Positions 29,428-38,581 of a stretch of 63,318 bases of DNA are shown here, piece after piece. A program made the position numbers and the translations under genes. The notes under the pieces were generated by a model. It worked only from the letters and a program-made list of their open reading frames with translations. It was not told the origin of the DNA and made no database searches. Within the stretch, counting starts at the first letter, position 1. Each line of letters starts with the position of its first letter. The DNA comes from a virus (lineage: Duplodnaviria; Caudoviricetes), in the IMG/VR virus record IMGVR_UViG_3300037993_001113, positions 1-63,318 of that record, one strand, 5' to 3'.

Positions 29428-29730
29428 TTACCTTACCTGCCGCGGGGCATGAACAATCTGCACCGCATCGATAATCGTTCCGCGGCCAATCGCTACCAGA
29501 CCATCCGGGAACGGTTCCACTTCATTAAGTTCAGACGGGTCGCGGAGGGCCTTGTGAAACCGCCCGGTGTCGGCAATCCACGCGGCATCCCGCAGGATAA
29601 CTTCATGATCGTCGATTGACACAAGTACGCCGGTGTCGATCATGGTGACAGTGCGAATCAGATAAGGTTTGCCGGGTTGCCAGAAACGTTCCGGTAACGG
29701 CTTTGACTTTGTGTTTTTGGTTTTTTCCAT
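29428..29730 (-). CDS. Small Sm-like beta protein (DUF6948-like)
   Basis: YLIRTVT..TG.L....EVIL.DAAWIADTGRF. Confidence 0.6.
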   Translation of the reverse strand: MEKTKNTKSKPLPERFWQPGKPYLIRTVTMIDTGVLVSIDDHEVILRDAAWIADTGRFHKALRDPSELNEVEPFPDGLVAIGRGTIIDAVQIVHAPRQVR

Positions 29731-29875
29731 ATTTCGACTCCATTAAATGTTGGGGAATTATAATTCCCAAATGTTGTTGGGGGCTGGGCCGCCGCATTGG
29801 CAGTACGTTTGTTGCCTGAGCCCCCGTAAGCAGTGACTACACTGCGTGCTGTCCGGCGGTTGCGGTGGCTTACCG

Positions 29876-30841
29876 TTACGCCGGAAACTCGAACCCTCCG
29901 GCTTCGGTTGGCACCGCTCCGTAAACCTGCGCCATGGCGATGCAGTACTCTTCGGTCAGCAGATCCATAACCGCCTTCTTTTGTCCCTGCGGCACCGGCG
30001 GTTTGTGTGTGCCCATGCCCATGAGGCACTGCATGCGCAGCTTTTTACCGTCGGCTATGGTCTTACCTTTGAGCGATGGCACTACCGTATTGGCGATAAT
30101 CGCTTCGGCAAGCGTGTCGGCGTCAGAAGCGTCGCTGCCGGCGGGTGCGGCCGCAGGTGCGGGTCCGGTCGCGCCCGCTGCCGCCGCCTTCGCCGGCGCC
30201 TTACCCTTTGCCGCCGGTGCCTTCGCTGCTGCGGCAGCCTTTTCGTACGGAAACTGCCGGATTTCCTTCACCACAAACCTGGTGCTGTCGAAGTCGTCGC
30301 CTGCGCGTTTCTCGTTCTGCAGCGTGGTGAAGTACGCGCGCAACCCGATCAGATCCGGGAAGTACGTGCGCTTGAGCACTGCAGGTTTGAAACCCCTCTC
30401 TTCCAAACTCTTGCAAAACCGCATCCACTTGGTGTTTTCGTTGATGCGGTAGCCATCCTGCACGGCGAACAACGTGTCGCCTTCGGCACCCAGTTCGCCG
30501 CCCATATCTGCAGGGTCTACGTCCGTGTCGCCGTCGGGAAAACGGCCTGGCCTGCAGGTTTCGAGCAGCCCGGTAGCTTTGTCGGGAGACTGTATGGATA
30601 ACAATACCTGCTCGGGCTGATCGGCGGCCCTGTTGCCGTCGCCGTCCAGATGACGCTGGATAGTCAGTTCGGCAAACAGCGCCGGCGGGCTCTGAAACCC
30701 GGCGGGCCGGTTGCCCTTCGCCTCTTTCATCGGCTGAAACTGGAATACGACCGCCTTGCAGTCGATCACTTCGCCCCAGCCGTCCTGATATGTGCCCTGA
30801 AAATGGAAAGCATCCTCCGGGGCGCTGGATACACGTGGCAT
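29876..30841 (-). CDS. Putative ssDNA-binding protein
   Basis: SD AGGAGG; beta-rich N-domain, A/P/K linker; sits in the recombination module. Confidence 0.45.
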   Translation of the reverse strand: MPRVSSAPEDAFHFQGTYQDGWGEVIDCKAVVFQFQPMKEAKGNRPAGFQSPPALFAELTIQRHLDGDGNRAADQPEQVLLSIQSPDKATGLLETCRPGRFPDGDTDVDPADMGGELGAEGDTLFAVQDGYRINENTKWMRFCKSLEERGFKPAVLKRTYFPDLIGLRAYFTTLQNEKRAGDDFDSTRFVVKEIRQFPYEKAAAAAKAPAAKGKAPAKAAAAGATGPAPAAAPAGSDASDADTLAEAIIANTVVPSLKGKTIADGKKLRMQCLMGMGTHKPPVPQGQKKAVMDLLTEEYCIAMAQVYGAVPTEAGGFEFPA

Positions 30842-30863
30842 TAAAGATCCTCCTGTGGACCGG

Positions 30864-32477
30864 TTAAGTGTTTTTCGGTGTCGCCACCGGTGTTACCCGC
30901 GGCGGCGCGGGCGGAACGGACTGAACGGTAAAAATACGGAATCCGGGCGGTGTGTACGACCTGCCGTCCGGTCCGCCAAGCTGCCTGACCGCGTTGTCCA
31001 GAACGAACAGTTCGGAGCGGTCGGTTTCGCTGCGCACCGCGCGCCCGCGCATTTGCACAAGTTTCTGCGCGGCATAGTGCAAACGGTATCCCGGAATCTG
31101 CGCACAGCGTTCTTTAATTACCCGCTGCGTTTCGTTGGGGAACGGGAATTTAAGGCAGATCTGGACTTCACACTGGGTGTCGGGGAAGTCGAATCCCTCT
31201 TCAACACTGGGTGTGACAAGGATAGTTCCCGGACCTGCGGACCGGAATCGGTCCAGACAATCCGGCAGTTCGCTTCCTGCTGTATTCCTAATAAATCTTC
31301 CAGCGTGACGCGAATATCGCAGGGCTCGTTCGGAGCGAGCATAACTGACAGTATGGACGATTGTCTTCCGGTCTGCACGGCTGTCGATAATCGCGTCCAT
31401 CGCTTCGATGACTTTTTTGTAGTCTTCATCGGTAGATTTCCATGTGAGCTTTACGGTGGGCAGGTGGTACACCGGCGCGTTGGACGGCGGAAACACGCTC
31501 GGCCACGCGCGGTAATTATACGGTTGGTCCTGCGACATGAGCAGGCGTAAAGTGAATTCGTTGAGCGAGGCGCTCATCATGAGCACACGGGGGATGCCGG
31601 AAAACAGTGAGCGCGTGTAACCGTTGAGCCGGACAGGTTCGAAGGTGACGTGCCCGGTGCGCTCGTCCGCCTGCCAGATCCAGTTCGGAGTCATCTTCAG
31701 AATGCGTCTGCACCGGTCTGCCAGATCCACGTCGTCTTCGTCCGTGCTGTTACCCAGTGCTTCCAGTTTGTCCTTCGCCCAGACACGCCACAGGTGTGCG
31801 TCTTCTTCCGGTCCGGGGTACATTACGCCCGAGGCAGCGAACGCTTTATATTTGCCTGTTTCACCGGCATGCAGCCGCACCGATACGAATTCCGAAAGTT
31901 GCTGACCGGCATTGTGTGCTTCGTCGCAGATCAGCAGGCCGATAGGATCGTACTTTTCCAGCGCTTCGCTGTTGTGTTTGCGCGCGTGCAGCCAGTACGC
32001 GTAGTTGGTGACCGCCAGCGGTGCGAGGTTGGCAGCTTCCACGGCGCGTGTATATGGACAGCCATCCGTTTTGCTGCGGCTGCATTCGGCGTCGTACCCG
32101 GCTTCGCAGTTGCCGTATGCACTGCAACGGTAGTTTGCACGTCCCCGAATGTCCGCGACCAGCCCGCCGAAGTCGCCGAGGATCTGCTGTTGCAACGCCT
32201 TCGTGGCGACAACGTATACCGCGCGAACGCCAAGCAGTCTGGCCAGCGCTACGGCGATCAGCGTTTTGCCAGCGCCGGTTGCCAGGCACGCGGCGTTTGT
32301 AGACTCTACACATTCGTTAAGGAGCCAGTCCAGCGCCTGCCGCTGGGGTTGCCGGAACGATGTGAACTTAGCCGGGAGGCCAAGGGACTGCGGGTCGCTG
32401 GCGACCCCCAACGGGTTTTCGGCGTGCTGTGTCATCTCAGCAATACAATACTTATCAGATTGGTTATCGGTTGTCAA
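30864..32477 (-). CDS. SF2 DinG/XPD-like helicase
   Basis: ATGAGKT, Cys cluster, DEAH, SAS, EGFDFP, QMRGRAVR. Confidence 0.88.
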   Translation of the reverse strand: MTTDNQSDKYCIAEMTQHAENPLGVASDPQSLGLPAKFTSFRQPQRQALDWLLNECVESTNAACLATGAGKTLIAVALARLLGVRAVYVVATKALQQQILGDFGGLVADIRGRANYRCSAYGNCEAGYDAECSRSKTDGCPYTRAVEAANLAPLAVTNYAYWLHARKHNSEALEKYDPIGLLICDEAHNAGQQLSEFVSVRLHAGETGKYKAFAASGVMYPGPEEDAHLWRVWAKDKLEALGNSTDEDDVDLADRCRRILKMTPNWIWQADERTGHVTFEPVRLNGYTRSLFSGIPRVLMMSASLNEFTLRLLMSQDQPYNYRAWPSVFPPSNAPVYHLPTVKLTWKSTDEDYKKVIEAMDAIIDSRADRKTIVHTVSYARSERALRYSRHAGRFIRNTAGSELPDCLDRFRSAGPGTILVTPSVEEGFDFPDTQCEVQICLKFPFPNETQRVIKERCAQIPGYRLHYAAQKLVQMRGRAVRSETDRSELFVLDNAVRQLGGPDGRSYTPPGFRIFTVQSVPPAPPRVTPVATPKNT

Positions 32478-33784
32478 CGGATTTCGTCATCGTCCGACAT
32501 CCGCAGGAACGCTTCCGACTGCGCCGTCAGCTTCCACAACCCGCTGCCGTTCGGCCGGTCGGTATCGGTGAGCCCGTGCATGCGCAGGTCTTCGAGCGTT
32601 CTTGCCGCCGCGCCGTTACCGATGCGCAGCGCGGCGGCTACGGTAACCAGCGCCTGCGCGCCGGTCTGCAACACGCGCACCGCTTTGGCGCGTACCGCCG
32701 GCAGGCTGTCGATGGCGCACTGGCACAGTACCCTGCGTATCTCGCTCGGTTCGCATCCGATATGCTCCATCCCCCGCTGCAGATGCGCAAATGTATTGGC
32801 CAGCCGCGGTCCCAGCGCGCTGCGGCTGACACCTACGATTTCCCCGGTGCCGCGTTTGTCCCGCATAACGGCGGACCTGCCCCTGGCCGTAAACATTGCC
32901 AGCATTCCGATAAACCGCTTTTCCGGTGCGCTCAGTTCCCTGGGCGGTTTCGGCGCGTTCCAGTCCAGATCGGCATCGCGAAACCAGGTTTCGAACAATC
33001 CGCGCAGCATATCCGTTTTGTCCGTTCCGTCGGGACTGCTTAGTGCGCTGGCAATCTCGTGGTAACCGTCGCTTTCCGGGTACCGGTACATTATGCACCG
33101 CTCCCCCATTTCCGCATTGGCCTGCGCGTGATCGGGGTGATCGATCGCGTCGGTACACGCCGCCAGAAACCCGATACGTCCGTGAAAACTGATGGTGCGT
33201 CCGCCGTCGGTGCCGGTGTCGCGCTGATAATGCTGATCGTGCAGCATGCCTATCGCGCCCATCAGCGCGCGCGTTTCGCGCGGGTCGCAGGCAAGCACGG
33301 TACGGGCGAAGTCGAGCATGACAAGCGCGCCGCGGTATTTGCCTCCGGCGTCCCTGACGGCCAGTCCTTTGAGCAGTCCGCCGGTGGCGTCGGCAGCGGT
33401 GTCGCGTTTCGACGACGCCGACAGCAGCGCAGCCTTGCCGGACAGGTCGCCGCATTCGCGCACACCGGGCAGTCCGAGCAGTGGGCGCAGCAGTTCGGTT
33501 TTGCCGCTTTCCGGCGGGCCGATCAGCATCAGCCACACCGGGTAGCCGCGCAGCGTGTTGGCCGCCAGCGCTCCGCAGACCGCATACAGCGGACCGGGGT
33601 CGGGAAAATACAGCAGCGACTGCACGGCTGCGGCCAGCCGGTGAATCGGCGTGCGCGGCGATGCCAGCGGCGAACGCGTGGATGAAACCAGGAAGGGACG
33701 CAGGCGCGGCGGTTCGCGCGGGTCGCCGGAGACGGAAGCGGCACTGGCAGCAGGCAATATCGGCACACGGATTCCCGGCAGCAA
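32474..33784 (-). CDS. AAA+ ATPase (MCM/primase-helicase C-terminal-like) with C-terminal winged HTH
   Basis: GPPESGKT, GPRLA, terminal HTH; start uncertain. Confidence 0.65.
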   Translation of the reverse strand: MLPGIRVPILPAASAASVSGDPREPPRLRPFLVSSTRSPLASPRTPIHRLAAAVQSLLYFPDPGPLYAVCGALAANTLRGYPVWLMLIGPPESGKTELLRPLLGLPGVRECGDLSGKAALLSASSKRDTAADATGGLLKGLAVRDAGGKYRGALVMLDFARTVLACDPRETRALMGAIGMLHDQHYQRDTGTDGGRTISFHGRIGFLAACTDAIDHPDHAQANAEMGERCIMYRYPESDGYHEIASALSSPDGTDKTDMLRGLFETWFRDADLDWNAPKPPRELSAPEKRFIGMLAMFTARGRSAVMRDKRGTGEIVGVSRSALGPRLANTFAHLQRGMEHIGCEPSEIRRVLCQCAIDSLPAVRAKAVRVLQTGAQALVTVAAALRIGNGAAARTLEDLRMHGLTDTDRPNGSGLWKLTAQSEAFLRMSDDDEIR

Positions 33785-33912
33785 AATAACAGCAATTAAC
33801 AGTATTTACCGAACGGGTCTTACATTATCACCGAAAGGGATGGGAATGCAACAGCCATGAAAATGCGGCGGTGTCCTTATATCCACACGTCCGAGCCGTA
33901 TCGCGCATGTGC

Positions 33913-34143
33913 TCAATCAGCCTGACCTTGTTCGGCGAACTTAGGCTTTGTTCCCATGCACCTGATTGCTACACGGAAACATCGTGGAGAATCCTGGGGC
34001 CATAGCTTCACGCTGATCACCGCGGTGAGGCCCTCACGCACGTCATCGCCGCTGAGGTTCAGTTGCGAGGTTGGATCGCGCCCAGCGATGATCTTTGAGG
34101 AACTGCGCCTGAATCGATCCGTCTCAGTATTGCGACTTTTCAT
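33913..34143 (-). CDS. Small ORF containing a 19-aa GyrB segment
   Basis: NLSGDDVREGLTAVISVKL at 34003-34059. Confidence 0.5.
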   Translation of the reverse strand: MKSRNTETDRFRRSSSKIIAGRDPTSQLNLSGDDVREGLTAVISVKLWPQDSPRCFRVAIRCMGTKPKFAEQGQAD

Positions 34144-34151
34144 TGTTGTTC

Positions 34152-34439
34152 CTATTGTTGTTCCTTCCTGTTCCTTCCATCCCTCCCGCTCTCCTCAGCC
34201 TGATCTATTGCCGGAGTTGAGTTCGTTAGCGCCTTCAACAATGGATACTTGTCGCTCCATCGGAATGTGCAGTTCTGATGCTGACGACACAGCCCATTAG
34301 CGATGGGACGGCGCTTGCATGGACGTTGTTCGTAATATCTCTCGAAGCCGCTTCGTCCTCGACCGCTGTAACGCAACTGCTCGCGCACGTAAACGATAGC
34401 ATCGCAGGATTCGTCCGGAGTTGTGGGCTCTCCCGTCAT
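34152..34439 (-). CDS. Hypothetical protein (CxxH zinc-finger-like)
   Basis: ATGA coupling; C..C....LCRQH. Confidence 0.55.
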   Translation of the reverse strand: MTGEPTTPDESCDAIVYVREQLRYSGRGRSGFERYYEQRPCKRRPIANGLCRQHQNCTFRWSDKYPLLKALTNSTPAIDQAEESGRDGRNRKEQQ

Positions 34440-34693
34440 TGCGGACGTTCAATCCTCACGCGGATACCGGGAATCTTGGCAAGATTGCGTTCGGCAGCGT
34501 TGACAGCAAGCAGGTCATATAGGTAGAACACCTGGTCTCGCGTCCGGTCTCCGAATAATGCACACCCCGAATCGCAACCGAGCACCGCGCCGTCACTGTC
34601 GAAAGAGTAGCCTACAGCTTTCATGATGTCCTGATCCTTCTCGATGTCCACTCCGCCGTCGTACTCGACAAAAATCCGATACGATGTTTCCAC
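34436..34693 (-). CDS. Hypothetical protein
   Basis: SD GGAGG, GTG start. Confidence 0.55.
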   Translation of the reverse strand: METSYRIFVEYDGGVDIEKDQDIMKAVGYSFDSDGAVLGCDSGCALFGDRTRDQVFYLYDLLAVNAAERNLAKIPGIRVRIERPQ

Positions 34694-34797
34694 TAGCTAG
34701 AACCTCCTTCCATCCCTTCCCTCCGTAGGCGATGAGCGCGAGAGGGCTGTCATCCGCGACCTGAGGAACGCAATAGTCTCCTGCCCAGCCTTTTTAA

Positions 34798-36078
34798 TTA
34801 CGCTTTGCCGCTTTGCCGCTTTGCCGCTTTCTTCGCAGGCTTCGCTGTTGTGTGCCGCGCCTGCGCTTCCTCCACCAGCACGGCAATCCGGTTCCAGTGC
34901 GCGATAACATCCTTGCCGGCTGCGTCGCCGCGCGTCCACGCGGTCTTCAGCACGGCGCAGAACGACCGCATGATATCCGGGTAAGCGGCTGAACACAGCG
35001 AGTCCAGCAGGCAGATAAGATCGGCAACGGTACGGGTGACCGCATGCGGACCTTTGCCGGTGTCGCGGTCGCGGGTGGCCTTAAGTTCACGGGCAGCTTC
35101 GGCGATCTGCGCGCGGGTGGGCACAACGGGCCGGTCAGGCGCTTCGGCCTCCGCGCGTCCGGTTTTTTCCTTTGCGCGTTCAGCCTTTTTCGTTGCGCGT
35201 TCAGCCTTTTCCTTTTCCCGCCGCGCCGCGCTTTCCCGGCGCAGCTGCGCCATCCACTCTTTCCGTTGCGCCGGGGTACGCTCCGCGGCAGGTACCGCCT
35301 GGGTAGTTTTGCCTGTCCCGGCCGGCTTACCGGATACTGTTTGCCGCGCATTAGCGCCCGCTGGCGTGTTCGCGCCAGGCTTCCCCGTGGTTTGGTCCGG
35401 GGACGGCTGCGCAACCGCTTCCCGCTCGGCTTTCTGCACAGCCAGTTCGACTACCGCGTCCGCCTGCGCCGGTTCGACGTGGGTGAGCGTGTAGAATGCG
35501 GCATCCGCGCCCATCCTGCCGTCCGCAACCAGTGCCAGCAGACTGTCGTACACGTCCTGCGCCATACCCTCCGGTTTGTGCAGCAGTTTGTCGCACTGGC
35601 TGACGGTTGCTCTGGACACCCCGCAGTACTGCGCGACCTCGCGGGTGCCGGTCCAGCCGTGGCGCTCGCGCACCGCCCGGAACAAATGCGCCATCTGGAC
35701 GGCGGTGTAACCCTGCCGGTCTAAGTTGGCGCGAACCGCCAGCCGCAGCGGGTCGCCGCCGGTTGCTCCGTCCACCACGCACTCCAGCGGAAACGGCGTG
35801 CCGTCGCCTTCGATCGTCAGCGCGGCAGTCAGCCTGCGCCGCCCGTCGAGCACCCGATGCTGCGGGTCTACGATCAGCGGGACAAGCTGACCTTCGCTCA
35901 GCAGCGAACGCTTAAGCGCTTCGAGCCGGCGGGCTTCGTTTGCGGCCGGCGGGCCGGGCCTTGCTTCCGCTGTTTCCGGCAGCAGGCCGATTTCGGACGG
36001 CGCGAGCATTATTGTCGCTCTTGGCGCGGGCAGCGGCGGGTATGTTTCCCCGCCTAGTACGTATTCGACTCTGGGCAT
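34798..36078 (-). CDS. parB: ParB/Spo0J-family CTPase with HTH
   Basis: SLLSEGQLVPLIV, VLDGRRRL, ANLDR, HTH REVAQYCGVSRATVSQ; SD GGAG. Confidence 0.82.
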   Translation of the reverse strand: MPRVEYVLGGETYPPLPAPRATIMLAPSEIGLLPETAEARPGPPAANEARRLEALKRSLLSEGQLVPLIVDPQHRVLDGRRRLTAALTIEGDGTPFPLECVVDGATGGDPLRLAVRANLDRQGYTAVQMAHLFRAVRERHGWTGTREVAQYCGVSRATVSQCDKLLHKPEGMAQDVYDSLLALVADGRMGADAAFYTLTHVEPAQADAVVELAVQKAEREAVAQPSPDQTTGKPGANTPAGANARQTVSGKPAGTGKTTQAVPAAERTPAQRKEWMAQLRRESAARREKEKAERATKKAERAKEKTGRAEAEAPDRPVVPTRAQIAEAARELKATRDRDTGKGPHAVTRTVADLICLLDSLCSAAYPDIMRSFCAVLKTAWTRGDAAGKDVIAHWNRIAVLVEEAQARHTTAKPAKKAAKRQSGKA

Positions 36079-36382
36079 CGGGGGTTTCTCCTGGCAGTTC
36101 GGACGGCGTTGTTCCCGCCGGTTTGTGCAATGCCGCCACCTGCGCAAGGTCCCAGCCGAGGTAGGCGGCCAGCCGTTCGGCAAACCGCATCGACGGCCGG
36201 GCCGCGCCGTGCAGCACCCGCGACAGGTAATCGGGCACTACCTGCAGCGATTCGGCCATGGCGGCGATGTTGTAGGGACGCCACGGTCCCTTGGGGGGTT
36301 GTCCGGTGCGCGACGGCGCGCGGCGCGGCACCAGCGGGGATACCGGAGGGAGCGCGGCGGCGGAATGTACGCGTTTGCTCAT
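35912..36382 (-). CDS. XRE/Cro-like HTH regulator
   Basis: IAAMAESLQVVPDYLSRVLHGAARPSMRFAERLAAYLG. Confidence 0.72.
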   Translation of the reverse strand: MSKRVHSAAALPPVSPLVPRRAPSRTGQPPKGPWRPYNIAAMAESLQVVPDYLSRVLHGAARPSMRFAERLAAYLGWDLAQVAALHKPAGTTPSELPGETPDAQSRIRTRRGNIPAAARAKSDNNARAVRNRPAAGNSGSKARPAGRKRSPPARSA

Positions 36383-36418
36383 ACACGTTCGGTCCCCGGC
36401 GGCGCGTGCGAACCATTG

Positions 36419-36448
36419 CTGCCTCTGCCCTGCTGTGCTTCCGGGAGC
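36419..36448 (-). promoter_or_regulatory. 30-nt leader element, copy A
   Basis: GCTCCCGGAAGCACAGCAGGGCAGAGGCAG on the - strand is identical to 54740-54769 on the + strand. Confidence 0.7.
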
Positions 36449-36486
36449 AACGGCCCGCATGACAACGCCTGCCGGGTACGCTACGA

Positions 36487-36515
36487 ATCATTACATAACC
36501 GTACCGGTAAGTCAA
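36487..36515 (-). promoter_or_regulatory. Putative promoter of the HTH-parB operon
   Basis: TTGACT-16/17-TAATGAT. Confidence 0.45.
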
Positions 36516-36597
36516 GAATGAAAAATGGTAAACCGCACTGGTGCGCCGGGCTGGCACCGCCACGCGCCGCCGGTACGCGCACAAGGACCATGACCTA

Positions 36598-36752
36598 CGG
36601 GAGAGAAATATAAATTTTATCCAAATGTCGCAACCCTAAGAAGAAGAATGCGCGCGCGCGGGCGCGCCGGGCGCGGTAAGAGAATCTGTATAGCTTTCCT
36701 TTTTCTTATCTTAGGGATGCGACATATGGATAAATAATTTTTTTCTCTCCCG
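36598..36752. repeat. Imperfect 44-bp AT-rich inverted repeat (candidate origin)
   Basis: Arms at 36598-36641 and 36709-36752 with a (GC)n-containing spacer. Confidence 0.8.
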
Positions 36753-36776
36753 CTTGTTTTGTTGTATCCTGTTGTT

Positions 36777-37601
36777 ATGAAAGCACCTTATCGAAGCGTG
36801 AAGAAAAGATCGGACCTGTTTTACGTCGGTCAGCGCCTGGGTAAGGACAGCATGCTGCAGGTCAGCGGGTCGGTCGATCCGCTGTCATGGCGTCAGGTAA
36901 TCTGCCTGTGCGACTGCGGAAACACCGTTGTGCTGCCCTATCAGCACGCTTACGCGGGAAGGTTTTCCTGCGGCTGCAGACGCCGCATACGGCAGGATTG
37001 TGCCGATCATGCCGGGTTACGGGTGCACAACGGCGCCGGAAATAACGGCGAAGGACGCACGCTGACGGTATTGTGCCGCGATGAAAAAACCCAGTTGTGG
37101 ATTTACCTGTGCGAGTGCTGCGCCGCAACTTTCGATGTGCCGCGCGGAATGGAGCGCGGTGTGCGCGGCAGCCTGCGCGGCATCGCCGGCGAAACCTGCC
37201 CTAACTGGATTCCGTTTTACCCGAACGGCGGATGCGGTCTGAGCGATGCATACTGGGAACGTTACGGGCGGCCCGTGGAAGCCGATTACGGACTGGCCAT
37301 GCACAACCCGCCGGGGCATAACAGCGCCGATAAAGACTATACCTGGGCGGCGCCGTTTTACAAACCGGAACGGGTGAAGCGCGGCAGTGGCGGCGAAGTG
37401 CTCGGGGTATACGGGCTGCCGACCGAGGGGACGCCGCCGGGGCCGCGGCCAACCAGCGTATGGGCGCACCCGGAACTGCCGGATCTGCCTGCAGCAGTCT
37501 TTGCAACGCCGGTACCCGAAGATATGGACGGAATGGCTGCAGTGCTGGCGGAAATAGACTGGATCGCGCCGCCCGTGCCGGAGCGAAGCGGACGGATGTA
37601 G
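36777..37601 (+). CDS. Cys-rich protein resembling the N-terminal repeats of AP2/HNH endonucleases
   Basis: CLCDCGN..SCGC and CECC motifs; only + strand gene in the - arm; no clear HNH core. Confidence 0.55.
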   Translation: MKAPYRSVKKRSDLFYVGQRLGKDSMLQVSGSVDPLSWRQVICLCDCGNTVVLPYQHAYAGRFSCGCRRRIRQDCADHAGLRVHNGAGNNGEGRTLTVLCRDEKTQLWIYLCECCAATFDVPRGMERGVRGSLRGIAGETCPNWIPFYPNGGCGLSDAYWERYGRPVEADYGLAMHNPPGHNSADKDYTWAAPFYKPERVKRGSGGEVLGVYGLPTEGTPPGPRPTSVWAHPELPDLPAAVFATPVPEDMDGMAAVLAEIDWIAPPVPERSGRM

Positions 37602-37657
37602 TCTCTACAAACGCAAACGGCGGGTGAGGGGTTGGCCTTTCCACCGCATCGCCCGGA

Positions 37658-37942
37658 TCACTCGAACCCGATCCAGTCGCCAGCGTTCGCTTCCAGCCCC
37701 GTGCGTGTGTACACTTCCGTTGTGCGTACGCTGGCGTGTCCGAGCGTTGCCTGTATCGTTTCGAGCGGGCAGCCTGCGTTGCGGGCAAGCCGTGCATGAG
37801 TGCGGCGCAGGTCGTGCGGCTGCAGGTCCGGTATACCGATGGCCGCGCCGTAACGCCGCACGATGTCGCGTACTGCGGCGGGAGACAGCGATCCGTTGAT
37901 AGTGCCGGTGGAAGTGATACTGCGGAGGATATAGTCAGGCAT
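37658..37942 (-). CDS. Tyrosine recombinase, C-terminal half
   Basis: PHDLRRT, LGHAS, TTEVY; its ATG overlaps the upstream stop (ATGCCTGA). Confidence 0.85.
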   Translation of the reverse strand: MPDYILRSITSTGTINGSLSPAAVRDIVRRYGAAIGIPDLQPHDLRRTHARLARNAGCPLETIQATLGHASVRTTEVYTRTGLEANAGDWIGFE

Positions 37943-38336
37943 CGGGCTTCGCTGTCCATACCGCATACTGATCTTTAGTAAGCTGTACATTAGCAACCAT
38001 ATAGCGGGAGTCCTTTACGTCTGCGGTGTACGAGCAGTGCGAGCAGCCCGAGCAGCGCGAGCAGCGCGAGCAGACCGAGCAGTCCGAGCAGCGCGAGCAG
38101 TCCGAGCAGAGCGAGCAGTCCGAGCAGCCCGAGCAGTCCGAGCAGAGCGAGCAGCCCGAGCAGTCCGAGCAGTCCGAGCAGCCCGAGCAGTGCGAGCAGC
38201 CCGAGCAGTGCGAGCAGAGCAAGCAGTCCGAGCAGCCCAAGCAGCCCGAGCAGTCCGAGCAGTCCGAGCAGGATAGATCTGCTTTAACCGCTACTTCCCG
38301 TTTTGTTGCCGCTGTCATAATTTCGTCGATTGTCAT
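37935..38336 (-). CDS. (CxxC)n Cys-repeat protein
   Basis: About 26 tandem 9-bp units coding C-S-x; SD AAGGA. Confidence 0.75.
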   Translation of the reverse strand: MTIDEIMTAATKREVAVKADLSCSDCSDCSGCLGCSDCLLCSHCSGCSHCSGCSDCSDCSGCSLCSDCSGCSDCSLCSDCSRCSDCSVCSRCSRCSGCSHCSYTADVKDSRYMVANVQLTKDQYAVWTAKPDA

Positions 38337-38357
38337 TGGTTTATGTCCTTAATTTCA

Positions 38358-38419
38358 TTCATCCATTCGGTTAGTATTTCCGCCGTCCAGACGGGCACTG
38401 CGATTGTGCGCGTGCGGCC
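38358..38419 (-). repeat. 62-bp direct repeat, copy 1 (duplicate of the recombinase N-half 3' end)
   Basis: Identical to 39029-39090. Confidence 0.95.
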
Positions 38420-38568
38420 CGGGCCGCGCCGTGCAGCACCTCGCCGATAGCGTCTTCACGCGCCTGCGCGTAATCGTATGACGGGCCGGACCGGATCGCC
38501 GTTTCGCGAACCTGCAGAATGCGTTCGAACAATTCCACAAGTAAAACAACATCGCGTCGCGTCAACAT
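38371..38568 (-). CDS. Small chimeric ORF
   Basis: SD AAGGAG; the 3' part is built from HTH-gene and recombinase-gene sequence. Confidence 0.5.
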   Translation of the reverse strand: MLTRRDVVLLVELFERILQVRETAIRSGPSYDYAQAREDAIGEVLHGAARAARAQSQCPSGRRKY

Positions 38569-38581
38569 CGCGCTGTCTCCT

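Noticed and set aside
34172-34717. 13-bp repeat TCCTTCCATCCCT at two gene ends
   Set aside because: Short, and explained by a purine-rich SD region on the minus strand
36598-36752. Protelomerase telRL site
   Set aside because: The arms are separated by a 67-bp spacer rather than forming a continuous palindrome, and no protelomerase gene was seen
38030-38272. CRISPR array
   Set aside because: 9-bp coding tandem repeat with no unique spacers; no cas genes seen
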